A stretch of 64,000 nucleotides of DNA from Marivirga sp. GTDB lineage: Bacteria > Bacteroidota > Bacteroidia > Cytophagales > Cyclobacteriaceae. Position 1 is the first letter of the stretch. Each line of letters starts with the position of its first letter. The stretch is from the NCBI RefSeq assembly GCF_024636815.1, contig NZ_JAGXGF010000230.1, positions 4,835 through 68,834 of the forward strand, written 5' to 3'. The position numbers and the translations under genes were made by a program. Under the pieces are notes generated by a model that made no database searches, had not been told where the DNA came from, and worked only from the letters and a program-made list of their open reading frames with translations. This document shows positions 50,044 through 59,305 of this stretch, piece after piece.

Positions 50044-50111
50044 GTCCAATTGTTTTTTTGCTTCAATATAAATTTTTATTGCAAATTATTCTCATTTGAG
50101 TCAGTTTGCAA

Positions 50112-50127
50112 TACCCGATATAAGGTA
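50112..50127. promoter_or_regulatory. NarL-type 7-2-7 inverted-repeat operator
   Basis: TACCCGA-TA-TAAGGTA within AATACC-N8-GGTATT, about 70 bp upstream of the operon encoding a NarL-family regulator. Confidence 0.6.
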
Positions 50128-50134
50128 TTCTATT

Positions 50135-50171
50135 GCCCCCTGACTCAGTTCCCTAGCCCCCAAAGGAGGGA
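50135..50171 (+). repeat. REP-like repeat (family C), degenerate
   Basis: GCCCCCT...CCCTAGCCCCCAAAGGAGGGA. Confidence 0.65.
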
Positions 50172-50267
50172 TAGAATGCTATTAAGTTAAGCTTTGAAGA
50201 CATATATTTCACTTCATCCCTAAAAAAAAACTTAGTTTTCAACACAGAATCTTTATGGTGGAAATTT

Positions 50268-50383
50268 GCTAGCGTCTCCGGCTGGTGGAAACTACTACCA
50301 TCTCGGGCGGGTTTTAGCTATAGAATGCCAATTTTTGCTAAAGGGAAAGGCTGGACTTTATTCTGTGCCAGAGGCATAAAGTA
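50268..50383 (+). repeat. partial second copy of REPIN family A
   Basis: GCTAGCGTCTCCGGCTGGTGGAAACTACTACC matches 4994-5023; TTCTGTGCCAGAGGCATAAAGTA matches 5081-5100. Confidence 0.7.
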
Positions 50384-50405
50384 TACATCAATAGTCTAGA
50401 ATTGT

Positions 50406-50428
50406 CACACTTGAAACGCGTGCGCCAA
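50406..50428. repeat. REP-like repeat (family B)
   Basis: CACACTTGAAACGCGTGCGCCAA, inverted relative of 51321-51344. Confidence 0.65.
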
Positions 50429-50509
50429 AAAGTGTCTCTTAGTAACCTTAGTTACCTCTGTTTACTTCTATCATTCGTATATTGAATTAAATCAAAATGA
50501 AGAAGGAAA

Positions 50510-51204
50510 ATGAAGACTTTAAGACTAATTGGAGGCACTTCTTGGCATGCAACTGTGGAATATTATAGCCAAATCAATCAATCAGAAAGTGAGTGAAGTA
50601 ATTGGTAAACAGGCCAATCCTGAATTGATTATCTATAGTATTAATATTGAATTGATGCGAGAACAAAATAAAGAAAAGATTCTGACTAAATATCTTGAAA
50701 TCAGTAAAAAGTTACAAGAAGCCGGAGCAGAAGGTATTGTTATTTGTGCTAATACGCCTCATATGGTTTATGATTATGTTCAGCCCAAGATTGATATTCC
50801 CATTTTACATTTTGGTATTGCTACTGGCAGATCGGCACAAAATGAAGGTCTAAAAACATTGGGTTTATTAGGAAATAAACCCACAATGACTGGAAAGTTT
50901 ATTCCTTCAGTTTTGGAAAATGATTTTGGAATGAAAGTCATCATTCCGGAAGGAGAAGATTTAGATCAATCTCATCATTATGTATCCAAAGAACTTACAC
51001 AAGGAACGTTCTCAGATGAAGCCAAAGCATTTTACCTTAAAGCACATAAAGGAATTGAAAAGGAGAGGAGCAGATGGAATTATTTTGGGATGTACAGAAT
51101 TGCCTTTACTCTTAAAAGATGTTGAAGCAGATTTGCCTATGCTGGCAACTACTGATTTACATATTGAAATGGCAGTTAATTTTATTTTGGATAGAACTTC
51201 TTAA
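50510..51204 (+). pseudogene. aspartate/glutamate racemase family pseudogene (RacX/YgeA-like)
   Basis: MKTLRLIGGTSW, ICANTPH and ILGCTELP lie in three frames; extra AATC at 50572-50583 and extra A at 51039-51041. Confidence 0.9.
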
Positions 51205-51225
51205 TTAATCTATTTTATTCATTGG

Positions 51226-51250
51226 TAGCACGAGCTTCTAGTTCGTGCTA
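51226..51250. repeat. REP-like hairpin
   Basis: TAGCACGAGCT-TCT-AGTTCGTGCTA; may also act as a terminator. Confidence 0.6.
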
Positions 51251-51320
51251 ATTTTACACATTGATGCTTGCTGACAAACTTCCATCTTTTACCCCTCCAC
51301 AGTTTCTTCAATCTCTCCTG

Positions 51321-51344
51321 TTGGTGCACGCGTTTTCGCGTGTG
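51321..51344. repeat. REP-like repeat (family B)
   Basis: TTGGTGCACGCGTTTTCGCGTGTG hairpin. Confidence 0.65.
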
Positions 51345-51357
51345 TCCCTACCAAGCT

Positions 51358-51990
51358 TCATTCTTCTACAGTATCATCAATCTCCAACGTCTCCAAAATA
51401 TCAGCCAGTTCATCAAAATCTTTATACCCAGGGCGGATTTCTTCTCCTCCTTTGAGGGAAATCCCTTTGATTTCGGTATTTTCTACCAAATTCATAACAT
51501 TTTTATCATCTATATTAAAGCCTAAAATAACTGGATAATCTTTAGCTAATTCTAAAACTTGCTTGACTACATTTTCTTTATAATGATTTCCGTTGCCTGA
51601 TTCAAATAAGAAAAATTCAACCTCATCGGTCACCTTTTGCATAGTTTCTTTTACTTTCTCGGCATCAGTAACTTTGTCCATGTCGAATCTCAAAACCCTT
51701 TTGAAATCCGGAAAAAGTGGAATAATGGCAGGATTATCAGTTTGTAGATAATGGATTTCATAATCTTTGATGGATTCTTTAATGGCATCTTCTGAAGCAT
51801 TGTCGTATTCCCCAACGAAATCCACTCCTGAAAGCCAACCAGTGAGTTCCATAAAGTTTTCAGGACTTACGTAGGTAGAATTACCCTTTTTTAGATCAAA
51901 ACCCATTAGGTTTACAGTCATTCCCGCACAATAGCGAGCATCACTAAGATTACTAACTTCAGATATTTTAACGAATGTTTTTAATGCCAT
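51358..51990 (-). CDS. TrpF-like (phosphoribosylanthranilate isomerase fold) protein
   Basis: VKISEVSNLSDARYCAGM..NLMGF resembles the TrpF N-terminus; catalytic Cys absent. Confidence 0.75.
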   Translation of the reverse strand: MALKTFVKISEVSNLSDARYCAGMTVNLMGFDLKKGNSTYVSPENFMELTGWLSGVDFVGEYDNASEDAIKESIKDYEIHYLQTDNPAIIPLFPDFKRVLRFDMDKVTDAEKVKETMQKVTDEVEFFLFESGNGNHYKENVVKQVLELAKDYPVILGFNIDDKNVMNLVENTEIKGISLKGGEEIRPGYKDFDELADILETLEIDDTVEE

Positions 51991-52052
51991 TTTGTAGAAT
52001 TTGATGCAAATAAAAGGAAAATTTGGCTTGCTTGAAAGAGAATGGAGGTAAG

Positions 52053-52079
52053 CTTTTTCAAAGTTTAAAACTTGGAAAG
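52053..52079. repeat. AT-rich palindrome (REP-like family F)
   Basis: CTTTTTCAAAGTTTAAAACTTGGAAAG; related palindrome at about 47272-47301. Confidence 0.45.
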
Positions 52080-52285
52080 GATATAGGTTTGAAATTCTGA
52101 TTTGACAAAGTCATTTTATGAGAATGAATTTGAAAAATGAATCTAAGCTATGATTAAAAATAAAGAAAATGATATTTATATAAATATTATTATGCCTTAA
52201 GGCTAACGTATAAATATATTAAGATATAGTTTTTATTTATTTATTATTATTTATATTGCATTATAATAATAAAACTATAAATACT

Positions 52286-52993
52286 ATGAAAAAATTAATA
52301 TCATTACTAGGAACAGTTTTAATATTTGTTTTAACTGCAACTTTTACCTTATCTGCTCAACAATTTTTAACCCCAGTCTCGACAATCACAGGGGATGCAA
52401 AAGTAGTAACTAAAAGTGGAGATGTAATTGAAGGGGATATTAGAACAGCTTTTTTTGGTGGAAAGGGCTTGAAAAGTTTCCGTATAAAAGATGCTGAAAC
52501 TGGAGATATAACTAGATTTAAAGCAGAGGATGTCGAATCAGTAAGAATTAAAATGGACGGTTGGGGTAAATTTTCAACCGTAATGGAACAAACTTCTAGT
52601 CTACAAAAAATGGCAACGGCTGATTTTAATGAGTCTGTAGATAGAGAATATATTTATTACCATACTGTTCTATGGCCAGGCAAAAAGAATAAATACATGC
52701 TTTCTCAATTGCTTAATGCAGGTTTTGATAGCAAAATTAAAGTTTATGACTATCCAGCAAAGAAAACGGCTTCAGCAGGAATAGGTGGGATTACAGTCGT
52801 TGGTGGAAATGCTAAAAAATATGTGGTGGCTATTGATGGTGAAACACACATGGTAGAAAAGGGAAAATATAAAAAGAGGGATTTTGATTTGTTATTTTCT
52901 GATTGTGAAAAGTTAAATAGTTTAGATAAAGGCGATAAAGATTGGAGCGATATGGCTGCACATGTATTTATTTATGATACTGAATGTAAATAA
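52286..52993 (+). CDS. hypothetical secreted protein
   Basis: Signal peptide MKKLIS...LSA-Q; own terminator downstream. Confidence 0.8.
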   Translation: MKKLISLLGTVLIFVLTATFTLSAQQFLTPVSTITGDAKVVTKSGDVIEGDIRTAFFGGKGLKSFRIKDAETGDITRFKAEDVESVRIKMDGWGKFSTVMEQTSSLQKMATADFNESVDREYIYYHTVLWPGKKNKYMLSQLLNAGFDSKIKVYDYPAKKTASAGIGGITVVGGNAKKYVVAIDGETHMVEKGKYKKRDFDLLFSDCEKLNSLDKGDKDWSDMAAHVFIYDTECK

Positions 52994-53005
52994 GATTGTT
53001 AAAAT

Positions 53006-53044
53006 AAAAATGGCTGTCTCTTTTATAGAAACAGCCATTTTTTT
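53006..53044. terminator. bidirectional intrinsic terminator
   Basis: AAAAATGGCTGT...ACAGCCATTTTTTT between convergent genes. Confidence 0.85.
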
Positions 53045-53071
53045 ATTGTTTATTAGAACTAGGTATGAAAA

Positions 53072-55525
53072 TTAATTTTGCGTTATTTTATCAATCCTAG
53101 CCAATAAATCATTCCAGTGAATTCTGCTCATTTTATCAGAAGTTCTATATCTTCTACTTTTGATGTCTGTGTTTAACTGTACCAATTCTGCTCTCATAAG
53201 TGGAATAACATCAGAAATGATCACATCACTATTTCTTTTCTCTTCTGCTTCTAGTTCCGTAATTTGATTAGAAGCTAATTCTACAAAAGCTCTTTGAAGG
53301 TTTCTTCTGTAAGCATCCACGGCCTGTCCCTTGTAAAGCTCGGAGAAAATTCCAGTTCTGATATCTTCGAGCATATCTAAAACAGTATAAGCATCTGAAC
53401 CATTTAAGCTTTCGTTTTCTACCATTCTCAAAATTCTATCCTCATCTAAAAGGCTACTCAAGGCCCTCACTTGTAGTGATTTTACACGTTCAATAGCTCC
53501 GTCATCCTCTATTCTTTGAAGAATCTCCTTGTTTAATAACCATTTATGATTGGTGAATGCATGATCATTAAGGAAAGCCACCGCACCACTTTGAATTGCA
53601 GCTGGCACATGTTCATAAACCACTCCTTCTTGGTCAGAAGTTTTACGGGTTTCATATATTCCGCCCACATTGGCCGTTACGTGGCGAATATAACCACTCC
53701 ACATATAACCTAATTCTCTGTAAACTTCTGCTAATTCATTATATCCTTGACCATCTTCAGCAGTCCATTCTACTAAATTTGGAACAACCTTTTTCAAATT
53801 AGCCAAACCATATTCACTGGCTTTAACATGGTCAGCTCCTAAACTTTCTCGGTTGGCTCTTGGGTCTGCTACACCATATCCGTTACCAAATTCATACCAT
53901 GGATTCCCCGCTTTATCTAATATCCATTTATCTAAAACAGGCTTTTCATCTTCTTTACTATTAGCTTCCGGAATAAATCTATAGCCCCAGTTAATAGCAT
54001 ATTTATCATAAGGTCCCATCATTCGGATGTAGCGAACGCCTTCATCTTCAGGCTGAGCAACATAATTTACTCTCGCATAATCCATAATGGATGGCGTTAA
54101 ACCATATTCCTGAGTAAAACTCGCAGATCTAAGAGAATCCGTAGGATAGGCTGAACTTGCTTTCATGTTGTGAGGCAATCCTAAAGCATGACCCACTTCA
54201 TGAGCAATCACCATGCGCATCATTTCGCCTATTTCTTCTTCTGGAGTTTCTAATGTTCTAGCTGATTCTTTCTGTGCTCCAGCTTCTATCATATATCTAT
54301 TTCGATAAGATCTCAAATGGTTATGATACCAAATAATATCACTTTCAATAATTTCACCTGTTCGAGGATCAGAAACTGAAGGACCTACCGCATTTCTAGT
54401 AGTAGTAGCCACATATCTTACCACTGAATATCGAACATCCTCAGGACTGAATTCCGGATCTTCTTCTATTGTAGGCGGATCTTTTGCAATAATGGCATTT
54501 TTAAATCCAGCCTCTTCAAAAGCCATATTCCAATCTTCAATTCCTTGTTTGAAATAAGGTCTCCATTTTTCCGGTGTGGCAGGATCCAAATAATATACTA
54601 TTGGTTTTACAGGCTCAACCAATTCGCCTCTTTTATAAGCTTCAATATCTTTAGGTACTAATCTCCATCTTCTGATCAATTCATAATCATCTGATTTTAA
54701 CTTATCTGAGTTGTAATCATATTTCTGTATTGAAAACCATCCCACTCTGTCATCAGCTAACCTAGGTTGCATTTTGTCTTCGGGCAATAAAATCATGGAT
54801 TGATTCAATAACATACTTATGGTTCCGGCTTGATCTCTGCTCGGAGGGTCTCCAGCATCGTAAGTCATTAAATGTTGAACTTCAACGTTTTCTGGAAATG
54901 ATTTTGCAGACGCAATATAGGATCTGCTTTTATCTAATCGTTTCACTTTATAGGCCTTCCTTAATCTGTCAGGCATTGCATTAATAGCACTAACTTCATC
55001 AGTAAATAAACTGCTTACATCTACCAAATAGGCAGTGGAGTCAGGATTAATAGCCTCGATTTTACTACTATATAAGATCGGAAAGAAATTATTGGCTTCA
55101 ACCGATTTATAGATAGGTGAATCCTCATCACTTTCATTTTGAAAACTGATGACTTTCAAATCTATATTTTTATCTCTTTTATACCATCTGACTACCTGCT
55201 CATTTACCTTTGAACCGGCATTGATATAACCTCCCCCAAAATTATCAGGCAACTTGACTATTCTACTCACGAGGAGTAAATCTTTTTCTAACTTATCAAA
55301 TGGGATTTCATAATATAATTTTCCATCTAACTCATGAGTGGTAAATAAACCAACATCAGATTTTACATCTCCTTTGATGATTTCTTTATAGTCTTTTAAA
55401 TCACCTTTCGGTTTTTCTGTTTTATTTTTCTCTTCTTGTTTTTTCTTTTTCCCAAACAGCTGTGCAGTAGCATCAGTTTGAATAAAGAAAATACATAGTG
55501 TAATCGTAAATATTAATTTCTTCAT
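53072..55525 (-). CDS. zinc-dependent metzincin protease (DUF5117/DUF4953, EcxA-like)
   Basis: Signal peptide, DPRTGEI, HEVGHALGLPHN, Met-turn SIMDY. Confidence 0.92.
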   Translation of the reverse strand: MKKLIFTITLCIFFIQTDATAQLFGKKKKQEEKNKTEKPKGDLKDYKEIIKGDVKSDVGLFTTHELDGKLYYEIPFDKLEKDLLLVSRIVKLPDNFGGGYINAGSKVNEQVVRWYKRDKNIDLKVISFQNESDEDSPIYKSVEANNFFPILYSSKIEAINPDSTAYLVDVSSLFTDEVSAINAMPDRLRKAYKVKRLDKSRSYIASAKSFPENVEVQHLMTYDAGDPPSRDQAGTISMLLNQSMILLPEDKMQPRLADDRVGWFSIQKYDYNSDKLKSDDYELIRRWRLVPKDIEAYKRGELVEPVKPIVYYLDPATPEKWRPYFKQGIEDWNMAFEEAGFKNAIIAKDPPTIEEDPEFSPEDVRYSVVRYVATTTRNAVGPSVSDPRTGEIIESDIIWYHNHLRSYRNRYMIEAGAQKESARTLETPEEEIGEMMRMVIAHEVGHALGLPHNMKASSAYPTDSLRSASFTQEYGLTPSIMDYARVNYVAQPEDEGVRYIRMMGPYDKYAINWGYRFIPEANSKEDEKPVLDKWILDKAGNPWYEFGNGYGVADPRANRESLGADHVKASEYGLANLKKVVPNLVEWTAEDGQGYNELAEVYRELGYMWSGYIRHVTANVGGIYETRKTSDQEGVVYEHVPAAIQSGAVAFLNDHAFTNHKWLLNKEILQRIEDDGAIERVKSLQVRALSSLLDEDRILRMVENESLNGSDAYTVLDMLEDIRTGIFSELYKGQAVDAYRRNLQRAFVELASNQITELEAEEKRNSDVIISDVIPLMRAELVQLNTDIKSRRYRTSDKMSRIHWNDLLARIDKITQN

Positions 55526-55703
55526 AGGTATATTATTTTTTAGACTCTGTAAATGTATTTTATGTGAGTGAGAAAATGAAATGCTTTTATTTAACTGGTA
55601 AATGAGAGCGTTTCATCTAATAGCGTGATTGAATTATAGATTTTATTTATAAGAATTAATTTTATTTTTATATTTTAAAATTTAATACTCAAAAATATAA
55701 TCA

Positions 55704-57005
55704 GTGTTTAGATTTTTTAATCTTAATAAGTGGTCAAGCATAGAGAAAAGCTTAGAACAAAAGCCTAATATTTTACTATCCCAATTCTCTATCATTGCCA
55801 TTTTAGCAGCTATAATTCAAGTGGTAACGGATTTACTTAATTTAAACTTTATAGCAGTAGCACTAGATTTTGTCGTCTTAATTATTTTTGTTTCTACTTT
55901 TTTATTAAATGAACATAATCGTCATTTATTAGCAAAATTTATTTTTATAGTATTAGGGACTGGTTTTATATTCCTGTATGCATCAGTGATTCCAAAATCC
56001 GTTGGTTCTTATTTGATTTTTTTCCCTATCGTCACTGTCATTTTTCTTATTTTCGGTAATGAGGAAAGGCAGTATAAATATTATTCAGTGGCATATGTCT
56101 TAACTCTTTTATTTATTCTCGAACTCACTTCTTATCAACCATTTGGAGAATTTAATATAACAGATGGTAAATCAGAGCCCAGCTCTTTTTATGTAAATAT
56201 GTTAATTTCTGTTTTTGGGATAGTGTTTTCTATGTACAACATTGATGTTATCAATAAACAAATAGATCAAGTACGTTTAGAAACATTAAAGGAATTAGAA
56301 CAAAAAAATGAAGAGTTGGAATTAGCGAATGATGAATTAGATCATTTTGTTTATAGCGCTTCACATGATTTAAAAGCTCCCTTATCCTCTATTTTAGGTC
56401 TTATAAATATTGCAAAGTATGAGTTAAAAGATGATAAGGTTTTGGATTATTTTGTTCGTATTGAAAATAGAGTTGAACGTTTAACGCTTTTCATTAAAGA
56501 AGTGATTGAAATATCAAGGAACACCAGAACTGACATCAAAAGAGAGCCTGTTAAAATAGGGGAATTGTTAGATGAAATAATTGAAAATAACAATTATATA
56601 GAGGGGATGGAAAAAATTGAATTTAATAAGTATATCAATTTTGATTCGCCATTTTATACTGATAAAGCCCGCATAGAAGTGATATTAAATAATTTAATAT
56701 CCAATGCAATTAAATATTCAGATCCGAATAAAGAGCATTCTAAAATTGATATTACTGTAGATAACACAAAATACGAATATCAAATTACGATTGCAGATAA
56801 TGGTATAGGAATCCCTAAAGATCAGCAAGAAAAAGTTTTTGATATGTTTTATAGAGGGGCACAAAGTAAAGAAGGTTCTGGTCTGGGACTTTACATTGTG
56901 AAGAAGATGTTAGTGAAATTGAGAGGAGAATTTGACTTACATTCTAAAGAAGGGGAGGGCACTGAAATAAAATTAAAATTTCCTGTTTATAAAGGATCTA
57001 TTTAA
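55704..57005 (+). CDS. membrane sensor histidine kinase (HisKA/HATPase), orphan
   Basis: About 6 TMs, ASHDLKAPL, NLISNAIKY, DNGIGI, GSGLGL; GTG start. Confidence 0.93.
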   Translation: MFRFFNLNKWSSIEKSLEQKPNILLSQFSIIAILAAIIQVVTDLLNLNFIAVALDFVVLIIFVSTFLLNEHNRHLLAKFIFIVLGTGFIFLYASVIPKSVGSYLIFFPIVTVIFLIFGNEERQYKYYSVAYVLTLLFILELTSYQPFGEFNITDGKSEPSSFYVNMLISVFGIVFSMYNIDVINKQIDQVRLETLKELEQKNEELELANDELDHFVYSASHDLKAPLSSILGLINIAKYELKDDKVLDYFVRIENRVERLTLFIKEVIEISRNTRTDIKREPVKIGELLDEIIENNNYIEGMEKIEFNKYINFDSPFYTDKARIEVILNNLISNAIKYSDPNKEHSKIDITVDNTKYEYQITIADNGIGIPKDQQEKVFDMFYRGAQSKEGSGLGLYIVKKMLVKLRGEFDLHSKEGEGTEIKLKFPVYKGSI

Positions 57006-57041
57006 AATTGAAAAATCCACTTAAATTTTTCATAACTTAAA

Positions 57042-57737
57042 TTATTCCATTGCCAAATTCATCAAATGAACTGCTGCTAGAGCTGCTGTTTCAGTTCTTA
57101 ATCGGCTATTACCAAGACTGACTTTCTCAAACCCCTTGCCAGCAGCCATATCAACTTCCTCAGGTGTGAAGTCCCCTTCTGGACCAATCAAAATCAGGGT
57201 GTTTTGCTCCTCACTTAATTCATTTCTCATGTGCACCTTATTTTCAAAATCTACATATGCAATAAGTTTTATTTCGGCACTAGTACTATCTAAAACTTTG
57301 TTGAATGGAACAATCTCATTTAAGATTGGTTTTTTGGCTTTTAAAGATTGTTTCAAAGCACTAATGACTTTTTTCTCCAGGCGATCTATTTTTATGATTT
57401 TACGTTCTGAATGAAAGCTCTGAAAAAAGCTAATCTCATCTATACCCATTTCGGTTGCCTTTTCTATTAACCATTCCATTCTATCCATATTTTTGGTAGG
57501 AGCAATGGCTAAATGTCGGTGGAATGAAGGCTTAGCTTCTTTTGTAGTTTCTGTTACTTCAAATTCACATTTTTTAGGATTAGCATTTGTTATTTTTGCT
57601 TTATAAAAAGTCCCTTTTCCATCAATTATATTGATTTCATCACCGACTTGCCTTCTCATAACTTTGATGCAATGTTTGGATTCGGCTTGGTCTAAAAACT
57701 TGATTTCAGGAAGTTGATCTTGATAAAATAAATGCAT
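57042..57737 (-). CDS. rsmE: 16S rRNA m3U1498 methyltransferase
   Basis: HCIKVMR, EKATEMG, LIGPEGDF, SLGNSRLRTETA. Confidence 0.96.
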   Translation of the reverse strand: MHLFYQDQLPEIKFLDQAESKHCIKVMRRQVGDEINIIDGKGTFYKAKITNANPKKCEFEVTETTKEAKPSFHRHLAIAPTKNMDRMEWLIEKATEMGIDEISFFQSFHSERKIIKIDRLEKKVISALKQSLKAKKPILNEIVPFNKVLDSTSAEIKLIAYVDFENKVHMRNELSEEQNTLILIGPEGDFTPEEVDMAAGKGFEKVSLGNSRLRTETAALAAVHLMNLAME

Positions 57738-57840
57738 ATGCAAATCTAGTTATTTTTGTATCAGGAGTAAATATCAATAATCTATTTGATAATAGGTCAA
57801 TTGAATATGCTTTGAGATTTTTTAATTAGATACATTCCTT

Positions 57841-57848
57841 TAATTTTG
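57841..57848 (+). promoter_or_regulatory. candidate -7 promoter element for the nucleoside transporter
   Basis: TAATTTTG. Confidence 0.45.
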
Positions 57849-57969
57849 TCGTTGCTTAATGCGGATTCTTAAATTTAATAATACTGAGGATTTGTTGGTT
57901 GTTTCTGGTTATCAGTCACTTATTCAATTTTCGGTGTATTAGCTTAATAGGCTATATTTAAAACATTCT

Positions 57970-59256
57970 ATGGATTATCTCAGAGGTCTTATTGGATTAG
58001 TGGTTTTGGTGAGCTTTGCCTGGCTATTTTCAGTGAATAAAAAGAAAATCGATTGGCGATTAGTCGGTACCGGTTTGTTATTACAAGTAATATTCGGTCT
58101 ACTGATTACTCAGGTTGAATTTGTAGAATTGATTTTCAAAAAGGTATCTGAAGCTTTTGTAGTCTTTTTGAGTTTTTCTGGTGATGGTGCTCGATTCTTA
58201 TTTGGTGATTTAGCCGGGGATTCATACGGATTTATTTTTGCTTTCCAAGTATTGCCTACTGTCATTTTCTTCTCTACGGTAACTGCTGGATTGTATTATT
58301 TAGGAGTACTACAAAAATTAGTTTATGGTATTGCTTGGATCATGTCCAGAACTATGAGATTGTCAGGGGCAGAAAGTTTATCTGCAGCCGGAAATATATT
58401 CCTGGGGCAGACTGAAGCACCATTATTAGTTCGACCTTTTGTTCCAAATATGACTCGCTCAGAGCTCATGTGTTTAATGACCGGTGGAATGGCTACTATT
58501 GCAGGAGGTGTTTTAGCAGGTTATGTAGCATTTTTAGGAGGGGATGACCCAGCTGAAAAAGCTCGCTTTGCTTCTTATTTGTTAAGTGCCTCCATTATGA
58601 ATGCTCCAGCTGCTATTGTGATATCAAAGATACTAATCCCTGAAACTAACCCTGATGCTATTGATGATACCTTGCATGTCAGCCAAGATAAACTTGGAGT
58701 AAATTTGATAGATGCATTATCAAATGGTGCTGCAGAAGGATTGAAATTGGCTTTGAATATTGGTGGTATGTTGTTGGCTTTTATAGCTGTAATAGCTGCA
58801 ATAAATTATTTCCTGGGGAATTTAATAGGAGAGTGGACAGGACTTAATGCATTTGTTGCAAGTTCAACTAACGGCACCTTTGATAGCTTTAGTTTAGAAT
58901 ATATTTTAGGTCAAGCATTCCGACTTTTTGCATTTGCAATGGGAGTGGAGTGGAATGATACGCTAGCTGTAGGAAGTCTATTAGGGCAAAAAACAGCCAT
59001 CAATGAATTTGTAGCCTATCTAGGATTGGCAGAAATGAAAGCAGCTAATATCCTTAGTGAAAAATCCATCATTATTGCAACCTATGCACTTTGTGGTTTC
59101 TCCAATTTCAGTTCCATAGCCATTCAAGTAGGTGGAATAGGAGGTATGGCACCCAATCAACAAGGAAACCTTTCTAAATTAGGTATGCGTGCGCTCTTAG
59201 CTGCTACTTTAGCATGTATGATGACCGCTACAATTGCTGGGGCTTTGGTTGAATAA
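57970..59256 (+). CDS. CNT family nucleoside transporter (NupC-like)
   Basis: FAFQVLP, NIFLGQTEAP, NEFVAY, LCGFSNFSSIAI. Confidence 0.95.
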   Translation: MDYLRGLIGLVVLVSFAWLFSVNKKKIDWRLVGTGLLLQVIFGLLITQVEFVELIFKKVSEAFVVFLSFSGDGARFLFGDLAGDSYGFIFAFQVLPTVIFFSTVTAGLYYLGVLQKLVYGIAWIMSRTMRLSGAESLSAAGNIFLGQTEAPLLVRPFVPNMTRSELMCLMTGGMATIAGGVLAGYVAFLGGDDPAEKARFASYLLSASIMNAPAAIVISKILIPETNPDAIDDTLHVSQDKLGVNLIDALSNGAAEGLKLALNIGGMLLAFIAVIAAINYFLGNLIGEWTGLNAFVASSTNGTFDSFSLEYILGQAFRLFAFAMGVEWNDTLAVGSLLGQKTAINEFVAYLGLAEMKAANILSEKSIIIATYALCGFSNFSSIAIQVGGIGGMAPNQQGNLSKLGMRALLAATLACMMTATIAGALVE

Positions 59257-59305
59257 TAGTAATTATTTCCATTTAGTTTTTTATATTGTTAGAAAAAAAG
59301 CAATC

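Noticed and set aside
50529-51125. 198-aa and 74-aa ORFs as separate genes
   Set aside because: Both are fragments of one frameshifted racemase starting at 50510
51261-51525. 64-aa and 85-aa plus-strand ORFs
   Set aside because: Run through a REP hairpin and antisense into the TrpF-like gene; no motifs
57849-57969. Purine riboswitch ahead of the nucleoside transporter
   Set aside because: Conserved core elements (TATAAT..GATATGG..GTTTCTAC..CCGTAAA) not found; an Rfam scan would settle it
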